Shown here: one piece after another, positions 9,817 to 17,865 of the stretch
Layout of the letters: each line of letters begins with the position of its first letter
How positions within the stretch are numbered: position 1 is the stretch's first letter
NCBI GenBank assembly: GCA_963665465.1
Contig: OY762226.1
Coordinates: 5,387,986-5,451,985 of the forward strand
DNA length: 64,000 bases
Direction of reading: 5' to 3'
Source of the DNA: Vicinamibacterales bacterium
Lineage (GTDB): Bacteria > Acidobacteriota > Vicinamibacteria > Vicinamibacterales > UBA8438
The notes under the pieces: generated by a model
Seen by the model: only the letters and a program-made list of their open reading frames with translations
The model's database searches: none
What the model was told of the DNA's origin: nothing
Made by a program: the position numbers and the translations under genes

Positions 9817-10506
9817 GCCGGGCAGGAACGGTCTGTTCCCGACCGGCGTCAACGTCTCGGGGCGCTATCGGAAATGGCCTATGTGGACGCCCGTGCTGCT
9901 GTCAAGGTTCCGAGCCGCTTCCGGATTCTCGCGTGGGTCCCGGAGTTGGCCGAGTAGACGTCCGAACGCTCCGCCACCTCTCCGGGATGGACGGAGCCGC
10001 GTCGCGTAGCCGCCCCCGTTACGGCGCCTCCCTCAGGGTCGGCTTGGTCATCCGGCCAGTGTTTTCGGTGGCCGGACGAATCCGTCCGGCGACAACCAGC
10101 TCTGAGCCGGCGCGAGCGACGAGTCACCTGAAAGGCCGAAGCGCAAGCGGAGGAGACGCGAAGCGGCTTGACTCGACGGGAGCAGAGGCTACCTCTCCGC
10201 ATCACCACCTACCCACATGAATTCGTGAAGACCCGGTTCCGACTCGGCGAGCGTAGCGAACAGGTTGCGGCTCTATGTTCGGCCTATGAATCCAGGTCTC
10301 GTGCCTGGTGGCCCCGATGGAATCAGCCGATCCGCGCCTCATTCGGTTTGCGGGCTTGGTGCCCAGCCATTTCCTCAGGCTTGACGGATCGCGGTTTGGC
10401 CTGTTTGCCATCACACCTCGTCGTTGCTTACGCAACCTTCAACGAGCTGGTCGGTTTACTTCGCAGGTCGGACGAATGTCATCGACTCGAGAGTCGCCGG
10501 CGGTGT

Positions 10507-11550
10507 TCACTCCCTGCCTTGCGCCAGGCAGATTGACGGGCGAAAGTTCGGTTCGTACGCCCGGTCATGGGCCAGCAGCGCCCAGATCGTACGCGCCGTC
10601 TTGTTCGCCAGTGCGACGACGACGACGTTCGATGGGCGGCGTCTGACGAGTCCGAGCTGCCACGCTGAGGGCAGCTTCGCGTGCACGAGCGCGGAACGTG
10701 CGCCGTGGATCAGCAGCGTTCGAAGATAGGTGTCCCCACGCTTCGAGATTCCGAGCATGCGTACTCGCCCACCTGTGCCGGTGTGTCGAGGAACGAGACC
10801 GAGCCAGGCCGCGAATTCCCGTCCGGACCGGAACGCTGTCGGATCGCCCATCGTAGCGACCGCGGCGGTCGCGCTCAGCACTCCGACACCCGGGATCGCT
10901 GCGATCCGCCGGCTGGCCAGAGTCTGGCGGTGCCAGACCGTGAGACGACGCTCGATCCTGTCGATCTCGCCGTCGAGGTCGGTGACCCGAACCCACTGCT
11001 CGCGCAGCGTATCGACGACCAGTCCCGGCAACCGCTGCGAAACGCGCTCGAGGGCGGAGGCTATATCCCGCCGCATTCCGGCTCGGCCCTGAGGCATCAC
11101 TTCGCCGTGTTCGGCCAGCAGACCGCGCAGGCAGTTAATCTGGGCGGTACGGAACTTCACCAACTGCTGGCGCATGCGATGCAGGGCCAGGATCCCCTGC
11201 TGCTCCTCGCTCTTCACGGCAACCGTCTTGACCCCGGGTTGCTGAACCGCCGTCCAGATCGCCCGCGCGTCGTGCGCGTCATCCTTGTTGCCCGTCACGA
11301 ATGGCCGGACCATCTTCGCCGGTAGCAGGCGGACCTCGTGGCCCAACGCCAGAAGTCGGCGCGCCCAATGCTGCGCGCCGCCGCAGGCCTCCATGCCGAT
11401 GAGGCACGGCGCGCGATTGGCGAAGTGCTCGAGAAACTTCACCCGTGTCAGGCGCAGCCCGATGAGCTCGCCTGTCTCCGTCTCGACCCAGTGCACCTGG
11501 AACACCCGCTTCGCAATGTCCACGCCGACGACGGTTCTGCTACTCTGCAT
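10507..11550 (-). CDS. IS110-family (IS1111-group-like) transposase
   Basis: 347 aa from MQSSRTVVGVDIAK. The N-terminal DEDD-type motifs are VGVDIAK and GMEACGG. The C-terminal region reads IPGVGVLSATAAVATMGDPTAFRSGREFAAWLGLVPRHTGTGGRVRMLGISKRGDTYLR. The layout resembles IS4321/IS5075 (recalled from memory). Confidence 0.85.
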   Translation of the reverse strand: MQSSRTVVGVDIAKRVFQVHWVETETGELIGLRLTRVKFLEHFANRAPCLIGMEACGGAQHWARRLLALGHEVRLLPAKMVRPFVTGNKDDAHDARAIWTAVQQPGVKTVAVKSEEQQGILALHRMRQQLVKFRTAQINCLRGLLAEHGEVMPQGRAGMRRDIASALERVSQRLPGLVVDTLREQWVRVTDLDGEIDRIERRLTVWHRQTLASRRIAAIPGVGVLSATAAVATMGDPTAFRSGREFAAWLGLVPRHTGTGGRVRMLGISKRGDTYLRTLLIHGARSALVHAKLPSAWQLGLVRRRPSNVVVVALANKTARTIWALLAHDRAYEPNFRPSICLAQGRE

Positions 11551-11697
11551 GCTGGACCCTCCGGTTGCCCGGGAAGACCTTGCGTCTTCCCCCCTTGGCA
11601 CTCTGATGCCGTCGGCCCGTGGGGGTCCACTTCTTCAACCCCACGGCCCGACATCAAGAACGAAGGGCGTCCATTCCATTCGGTTTTCAACTGTCCA

Positions 11698-12130
11698 CTA
11701 TTGGCCGGTTTTGACCGTCGACCGAGGGCGATGCGCTGCTCGTCTTCCAGCACCGCCCATACGTTCGGGTCGAGGCGCGGGTCCGTCAAGGGGCGCAGGT
11801 CCTTCAGAAAGCCGAGGTTCAGTTGCATGCTCCTCCTCCGCTTCAAGGCGATGGAGAAGAGCGTCGACAATCGTCCGCATCCGCAACAAGTCGGCGATGC
11901 CGGCCAGAGCGTGTGCGGCGCGGGCGACACGGTCGTCCGCGCCGTCTGATGCGGCGTCGGTCCAGGCGACCGGCACCAACCGCCGGCCTCCATCTGGAAA
12001 CAGCAACAGGAGCTGGTGCCCACCTTGCCGCTGCATCCGCCTCAAGACAGCGAGACGTTGGCCTTGGAATGGATGCGCCTCACGAGTGATGGTCGCGAAG
12101 TCGGGAAGGTCGTCGAGATGGGTAGTGTGT
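11698..12130 (-). CDS. Small HPF...WTD-motif protein (DUF5372-like, from memory); start codon unresolved
   Basis: The frame reads ...TITREAHPFQGQRLAVLRRMQRQGGHQLLLLFPDGGRRLVPVAWTDAASDG...IADLLRMRTIVDALL. No canonical start lies upstream of the listed TTG. The 3' tail probably reads into the IS1111-type end. Confidence 0.4.
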
Positions 12131-12143
12131 CGGGTGTTCCGTC

Positions 12144-12647
12144 GGTTGGGCGATGGCCGCGCACCTGCGCACGGAGCTGGTCATCGACGCGTTGGAGATG
12201 GCCATCGCGCAGCGCCGACCCGAAGCGGTCGTGCATCACTCCGACCAGGGCTGCCAGTACACGTCGCTGGCCTTCGGCGCTCGCTGCCACGAATGGGGCG
12301 TGGCGCTGTCGATGGGCTCGGTGGGCGATTGTTTCGATAATGCGGTCGCCGAGAGCTTCTTCGCAACGCTCGAGTGCGAGCTGCTCGACCGCACGAGGTT
12401 GTCGACTCACGCCGCAGCGCGGGTAGCCGTGTTCGAGTTCATCGAAGGGTGGTATAACACGCGGCGGCGTCATTCCGCGCTGGGCTATCGATCGCCGCTT
12501 GAGTTCGAACGTCTCCACCCAGGCCCTGTGGACGGCGCCCGGCCTGTGGACGCCCTGCGGGCGCCCACAAGTCCGTTGGATCCCGCGCTGCGCGCGGGCT
12601 CCACACCGCCCACAGGGAACGATGTCGATGTACAGACCATGACGTGA
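12144..12647 (+). pseudogene. IS3-family transposase OrfB, 3' part (DDE catalytic region)
   Basis: GWAMAAHLRTELVIDALEMAI...HHSDQGCQYTS...SMGSVGDCFDNAVAESFFATLECE...YNTRRRHSALGYRSPLEFE continues the frame broken at 4902. Confidence 0.85.
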
Positions 12648-12764
12648 ACCCGGAAGCGTTAACCTGTCCACGAGATCGGGGCTATGCAGAGTTCCGGACT
12701 ATGCGGAGTTCGCCCGGCGGCTTGCGTGAACGCGGGCGATTACATGGAGCGGTACTCCGCATAG

Positions 12765-13766
12765 TCAGAGGGCTTCCAGGAAGTCGAGGAGCCGATCGGT
12801 GGCTGTGAACCGGAGTGGCTGAGGTGCGGGATCGTCGACGCACCGGAGTGCGGCCTCCTTCATGGCGAGGTCGGCTTCGACGTACTGATGGGTGGTGGCC
12901 GTGTCCTCGTGGCCGAGCCAGAGAGCAATGACGGTGATGTCGACTCCCGACTGGAGCAGATGCATCGCGGTCGTGTGGCGTAGCGTGTGAGGCGAGATCC
13001 GTCGGGTCGCAAGTGAGGGCTGGCTTTGCGAGGCCCTTCGGCAGGCGACGTGCAGTTGATGCTCGACCCCGGAGCGCGACAGGGGCTTGCCGGCGCGATT
13101 GGGAAACACGGGAGCACCGGGGCTTCTATCGATTCGAGGGAGCCACGCCCGGAGCTGCGCTGCGGTGCTCTTCCAGAGCGGGACGACACGCTCCTTGCGT
13201 CCCTTGCCGTGCAGGAGCAGGGACGACGCGCGATCGAGAAGCACGTCGGCGACGAGGAGTCGGATCATCTCGGAGACGCGGGCGCCGGTGTTGTAGAGCA
13301 CGGCGAAGAGGACGGCGTCGCGCTGTCCGCTCCAGGTGGTTCGGTCGGGAGCGTCGATGATCGCGGTGATCTCGTCGCGAGACAGGTAGCCGAGGACGGG
13401 CCGGTCGAAGCGCTTGACGGGAATCGCGAGAACGTGTTGCGCGATGGGCAGCAGGGTTGGCTCGCGCAGCGAGGCGTAGCGCATGAAGGACCGGATGGCG
13501 GTGAGACGGAGGTTGCGCGAGCGGGGGGAATTGCCGCGCTCGGTCTCGAGATGGTCGAGGAAGTCGAGGACCATGGGCGCATCGAGATCCGAGACGGTCA
13601 GTGCCGACGGGGTCCGTCCGATGCGCTGTGCGGCATACCCGAGGAACAACGTGAAGGTGTCGCGGTAGCTGGCGATCGTGTGGGCGCTGGCGCCGCGTTG
13701 GGCTACGAGGCGCCGATGAAAGAAGTCCTGCAGGAGTGCGGGAAACGCGCGCTCGACCGACGTCAT
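12765..13766 (-). CDS. ritC: Tyrosine recombinase, third gene of RIT trio (copy 2)
   Basis: The translation is identical to 1070..2071. Confidence 0.8.
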   Translation of the reverse strand: MTSVERAFPALLQDFFHRRLVAQRGASAHTIASYRDTFTLFLGYAAQRIGRTPSALTVSDLDAPMVLDFLDHLETERGNSPRSRNLRLTAIRSFMRYASLREPTLLPIAQHVLAIPVKRFDRPVLGYLSRDEITAIIDAPDRTTWSGQRDAVLFAVLYNTGARVSEMIRLLVADVLLDRASSLLLHGKGRKERVVPLWKSTAAQLRAWLPRIDRSPGAPVFPNRAGKPLSRSGVEHQLHVACRRASQSQPSLATRRISPHTLRHTTAMHLLQSGVDITVIALWLGHEDTATTHQYVEADLAMKEAALRCVDDPAPQPLRFTATDRLLDFLEAL

Positions 13767-14716
13767 GACGAGCGCTCCGACGCTCGGAGCGCAAAGCGTT
13801 CGAAGCGCTGCGCGGTGTTGACGAGCAACTCAGGGACAGCGGTGCAGTACCAGTAGGTGTCGGTGACCTTGGCGTGGCCGAGATAGGTCGACAGGGCCAG
13901 GATCTTGTGCTCGACATCGGCGCCGTCTTGGTACCAGCGCAGCAGCCGTCGCGTGACGAAGGTGTGTCTCAGGTCGTGAATGCGCGGAGCGCGCGTGCGC
14001 CCGTGTCCGGTCCAGCCCAGACGCTGCTTGAGCCGGCTGAAGGCCTTCTCTACGGCGTCGCGCGTGAGTCGAGGCGAATGCTCGGTGCGGAAGAAGTGCT
14101 CCGACCGGGATGCAGCACGACACGCGTCGCGGCGATCGGCGTAGCGGATCAGTGCTCGGGTCGTGGTCGGATGGAGCGGTACGAGTCGTGATTTCCGGAA
14201 CTTCGTCTCGCGGATGCTCAGGATGCCGTTGACGAGGTCGACGTCGTCGGTCGTCAGGCGGCAGGCTTCGGAGAGGCGCAGGCCGGTCGAGACCAGCAGG
14301 GCGAAGTAGGCGACATAAGTAGCGGGTCGCAACCCCTGTCGGGGCAGCAAGCGACTCGCCTCCTGCAGGAGCGCAGCCACCTCGGACTCGGTGTAGATGT
14401 GTGGCGGTGGGCGGCGCGAGATGCGTCCGAGCAGGCCGACCGGTGGAACTTCGGTGGCCGGGTCGAAGAGCGCACGGTGTCGCGCGAGTTGTCGCACCAC
14501 CGCCAGCCGGCGTACGGCCTGCTCCGGATTGCTCGATTGTGAGGCCTGCGCCCACTGGACCATCAACTCGATCGTCAGGGGGCCGCTGTGTCCGATCCGG
14601 TCTGCATGGCTGGCGAAGTCGCGCAGCAGCCATTCCGGCGTTTCGAGGCTGAAGCCGAGCCCGCGGCGTGCGATCAGGTAATCGTCGACCAGGCGGTGGA
14701 AGCTGGGAGGCGTCAT
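13763..14716 (-). CDS. ritB: Tyrosine recombinase, second gene of RIT trio (copy 2)
   Basis: The translation is identical to 2068..3021. Confidence 0.8.
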   Translation of the reverse strand: MTPPSFHRLVDDYLIARRGLGFSLETPEWLLRDFASHADRIGHSGPLTIELMVQWAQASQSSNPEQAVRRLAVVRQLARHRALFDPATEVPPVGLLGRISRRPPPHIYTESEVAALLQEASRLLPRQGLRPATYVAYFALLVSTGLRLSEACRLTTDDVDLVNGILSIRETKFRKSRLVPLHPTTTRALIRYADRRDACRAASRSEHFFRTEHSPRLTRDAVEKAFSRLKQRLGWTGHGRTRAPRIHDLRHTFVTRRLLRWYQDGADVEHKILALSTYLGHAKVTDTYWYCTAVPELLVNTAQRFERFALRASERSS

Positions 14717-15636
14717 CGGAGCACCTCCGGCCAGGGAAGCGCGACCTCACGTAGTCTCGGCAGATCGAGCTTGGCGTAGATCGTCGTGGTATCGAGGCTG
14801 CGATGACCGAGCACGTCAGCGACCTCTTTGAGGCTGGCTCCTTGCTGCACCATGCGGCTGGCCACGGTGTGCCGGAAGACGTAGGCGCCGGCGAGCGGCG
14901 CGTCGACCGCCGACCGCCGCAACGCGCGCGCCACGACACCGGAGACGGCAGTGCTTGAAATCGGCTTGCCGCAGCGAACTCCCAGGCGCTGCACGAACAC
15001 CCGCCGCTCGACAGTGGCTGGACGCTCGCCGTTCAGATAGTCGACCAACGCCTGGCCCACGGCGCGAGGCAGCGGCAGCATGGCGCTACGACGGTTCTTC
15101 CGGATGCGCACCTCGATGGTGCCGCCGCGCCAGTCGATGTCGTCCAGGCGCAGGTCGGCCACCTCGCCGGGCCGCAGCCCCAAGGTCGACAGGCACTGGA
15201 CAATCGCATGGTCCCGTTGTCTGCACGGGGTCGGGGTATCGAACGATCCCAGCACCTGCTGGACCTGCTGCTCGGTCAGCGAACGAGGCAGCGTCGCAAG
15301 CCGCCAGTGAGCAACCGTCGGTAGGGCAGTCTCGAGCTCGTTGCCGCAGAAGCCCTCGAAACGCAGGAACCGGAAGAACGACCGCAGCGTCGACCGCACG
15401 GTCCGCATCGAGCCCGGAGAGAACCGTCCTCGTAGCGACGTGATGAACGTCACCACATCGGCCGGCGCAAGGCGAGCGGGGTCGACCGGGTCCGCGCCAA
15501 GGGCGGCCCGGACGAGCATCCGGACGAGGCGGGCGCGGCCACGCAAAGTCTGAGGACGCAGACCGCGCGTACGTCGTTGGTGCTGGGTGTACGCCTCGAT
15601 CAGATCGTCGAGGGTCCACGAGCTGGGAACGGTCAT
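14713..15636 (-). CDS. ritA: Tyrosine recombinase, first gene of RIT trio (copy 2)
   Basis: The translation is identical to 3018..3941. Confidence 0.8.
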   Translation of the reverse strand: MTVPSSWTLDDLIEAYTQHQRRTRGLRPQTLRGRARLVRMLVRAALGADPVDPARLAPADVVTFITSLRGRFSPGSMRTVRSTLRSFFRFLRFEGFCGNELETALPTVAHWRLATLPRSLTEQQVQQVLGSFDTPTPCRQRDHAIVQCLSTLGLRPGEVADLRLDDIDWRGGTIEVRIRKNRRSAMLPLPRAVGQALVDYLNGERPATVERRVFVQRLGVRCGKPISSTAVSGVVARALRRSAVDAPLAGAYVFRHTVASRMVQQGASLKEVADVLGHRSLDTTTIYAKLDLPRLREVALPWPEVLR

Positions 15637-15791
15637 GGAATGCTCCTTTCCGGCCCATCAGGCCGGAGAGAGCATCCCGACTATGCGGAGTCTCGGGAAC
15701 CGAGCAACTGCCGCAAATCCTTGGTTCTACGGGTACTTGAGCACGCGGAACCCGGAGTTGCTCCGCATAGTCCCGAACTCTGCATAGCCCC

Positions 15792-15827
15792 GACTATGCG
15801 GAACTCCACATAGTCGGGGCAACCTCA
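15792..15827. repeat. Right arm of split 48-bp IR-pair palindrome
   Basis: GACTATGCGGAACTCCACATAGTCGGGGCAACCTCA, followed by the duplicated CGT (15828..15830). Confidence 0.8.
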
Positions 15828-17306
15828 CGTCTCGGCCGACGCCCGCAAGCGGGTCAGAAACGCCGAGAGCGTTTCGGCGAGACGCAGATGCGCGGCGCGG
15901 TCGCGAGTCTGTTCCACCAGCGCGTTCAGCTCCTGTCGCAGCGTCTGCTCGCGTTGACGCAGCAACGGCATCCGCTCGCGTAGTTGGTCGAGCGACAGCA
16001 AGTCCTCCTGGTAGGCGGTGAGCAACCGCTCAATGGTCTTGCCCACGCGTGCAAGGTCCCGCTCCACGGCCTGCGTCCGAGTCCGCTTGGGGTCGGCAGC
16101 CTGGGCGGCGGCCAGCCGGCGATCCAGTTCCTGTTGGATCAGGGCCGGCTCCTCGAGCAACCGCAGCACTTCGGTCCATACCACCTCGTCCAGCAGGTCC
16201 TGCCGGACCGGACGCGCATCGCACCGCGGACCCGCCAAGTGCCGCCACCGGTCGGACCCGATGCAGCGATAGTACTGAATCCTGCGCGCGGTCGACCGCG
16301 TCGAGATGCGCGAGAACGAGTAGCCGCACTTGCGGCAACTCACCAGTCCCTGCACCAGGCTCGGCTCGATCGTGCGGCGGCGGGCGTGCACCTTGTTCTC
16401 GTGCAGCAGCTCCTGCGCCCGCGCGAAGGTCGGCTCGTCGACGATCGCCGGTACCGGGATCTCGATCCACTCCTCGCGCGGCCGTTCGCGGGGCGCACTG
16501 TCGCGACGCGCAACGGCGCCGCCCATCCGCAGCGTCCGCGTTACGCGCTTCTGGCGGGCCACTCCCCGGACTATCCGAGTCTTCCCGAAGCAGGCCGTGC
16601 CGCGATAGGCGGGGTTGCGCAGCATCTGCCTCACCGTCGAGGGCCCCCAGCGGGCCCCGGCCTTCCGCGTGGCCACGCCCTGCTCGTTGAGCCACCGGCA
16701 GATTCCCTCGATGCTCCAGCCCGTGACGGTGTAGTGCTCGTAGATGTCGCGCACGACGCGCGCTTCGGCCTCGACGACGACGTACGAAGCCGGTGCATCG
16801 TCTCGCTTCCGAAGGTAACGATAGCCATACGGGGCGCCGCCCATGACACTGATCTCGCCCGCTCGCGCGCGGTGCCGCTTCCCCCGACGCGACCGCTCGA
16901 GGATCTGAGCGCGCTCGTATTCGGCGATCATGCCCTGAAACTGCACCAGCAGTTGGTCCTCGGCGGTGGCGCTCGACGGGGCATTGAGGAAACGGGTCTC
17001 GACCCCGTGACGTCCGAGTTCTTCGATCAACAGCACCTGGTACGCGTACTTTCGGCTCAGCCGATCCGGACTGTGAACGAGCACGACCTCGATGTCGCCG
17101 GCGGCCGCCAGGTCACGGACCCGTTCCAATCCCGGCCGTTCGAGCGTCGCTCCACTATACCCGTCGTCTTCGTAGATCCAGTCCCGCGGCACCTCGAGAT
17201 CGAGCGTCGTCGCCCACTCGACCAGTGCCGCCGTCTGACTCGCGATCGTGTGCGCTTCGCGTTGCCGCTCCGAGGACACGCGCGTGTAAATCGCCGCCAT
17301 CTGCAT
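15825..17306 (-). pseudogene. Serine recombinase of copy A, 5' part (493 codons), truncated by the insertion
   Basis: The start is MQMAAIYTRVSSERQ (ATG at 17306). It matches copy B up to ...RLRASAET, and the stop then comes from the inserted IR arm. The upstream part of the 664-aa ORF is read-through. Confidence 0.85.
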
Positions 17307-17449
17307 GTGGACGCTCCATTCCGTGGGTGGCAACCGGACGCGTGCGGGCCGGCACCAGCAACGCGTAGGCGTGGGCGAGCTTGCCGACGAGAAGTCGATC
17401 GAACGTGTAGTCGAGATGCACCTGCCGGAGAGTCTTCCGGGGTTGTCGT

Positions 17450-17782
17450 TCACCCACGTCGCTGACGGATACTGTCCAGCAACGCCGTCACCGCTTGGGT
17501 GACGACTTGCCCGAGGGAGAGCCCACTGCGTCGAGCGTACGCGCGGATTGCCCGTACCGTGCTGACAGGAAGCTTGAAGGTGATCGCGACGGTCGGCTCG
17601 ACCGCCGGGACAGGGTCGCTCAGCCCGGCCGCTTCCTGGAGGTAGCGGTAGGCCTGCCGGCGCGACAACGCGAACTGGCGGCCGAGATGCCGGGCCGCCT
17701 TGGCGCGCTCCATCCGCTGTCCGAGCAGACGGTACGCGGCGTTGAGCAACCGCGCCTTCTCGGCCTTGGTGGCCCGCGCCAT
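17450..17782 (-). CDS. Small DNA-binding protein (HTH plus ribbon-helix-helix-like C-terminus) of the serine-recombinase element
   Basis: 110 aa from MARATKAEKARLL. It contains LSRRQAYRYLQEA (HTH-like) and VAITFKLPVSTVRAIRAYARRSGLSLGQVVTQAVTALL (RHH-like). The C-terminal half is repeated in copy B. Confidence 0.55.
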   Translation of the reverse strand: MARATKAEKARLLNAAYRLLGQRMERAKAARHLGRQFALSRRQAYRYLQEAAGLSDPVPAVEPTVAITFKLPVSTVRAIRAYARRSGLSLGQVVTQAVTALLDSIRQRRG

Positions 17783-17865
17783 GAGGCATAAACATATTAC
17801 CTCTTGAGACACAAATCAAGTACCGGCCGGTCTCGCCAGCCGCCGATCACGCGGTTGAACTGAAA

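Larger units (their letters stand above)
7225..9893 (-). mobile_element. IS21-family insertion sequence (istA-istB)
   Basis: It has overlapping istA/istB. The inverted terminal motif AAATCCGGCCATTT occurs twice at 7227..7266 and inverted at 9627..9643 and 9869..9882. Ends are approximate (+/-20 bp). Confidence 0.7.
4903..12143 (-). mobile_element. Large-serine-recombinase (LSR) integrative element inserted in IS3 orfB, itself carrying IS21 and an IS1111-type IS
   Basis: This segment separates the two halves of IS3 orfB. It contains a small HPF..WTD protein gene and a 736-aa serine recombinase on the same strand. Ends are uncertain by a few bp and no terminal IRs were seen. Confidence 0.55.
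4097..12677 (+). mobile_element. IS3-family insertion sequence (1344 bp without its insert), disrupted in orfB
   Basis: Terminal IRs are GATTTCGTGGACA (4097..) and TGTCCACGAGATC (..12677). orfA is followed by a split orfB. Boundaries are ambiguous by 4 bp (CCCC/GGGG is shared with the RIT ends). Confidence 0.7.
12678..15791 (-). mobile_element. Recombinase-in-trio (RIT) element, copy 2 (3114 bp), identical to copy 1
   Basis: The ORF set and translations equal those of 983..4096 shifted by 11695, with the same 17-bp terminal IRs. Confidence 0.8.

Noticed and set aside
9894-10506. The ORF-free, structured-looking 613 bp were considered as a group II intron fragment, RNase P RNA or tmRNA.
   Set aside because: I found no GUGYG 5' end, no domain-V-like 34-nt hairpin, no RNase P GGAAAGUCC box and no tRNA-like tmRNA end. 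It is kept only as a candidate IS1111 guide-RNA region.
10168-10646. Plus-strand ORFs of 112-122 aa downstream of the IS1111-type transposase.
   Set aside because: They have no start context, no recognisable motifs, and they overlap each other and the transposase 3' end. I treat them as non-coding.
15825-17819. A 664-aa ORF for copy A of the recombinase.
   Set aside because: The issue is the same: the true start is 17306, and the upstream extension overlaps the separately coded small RHH-like gene in another frame.
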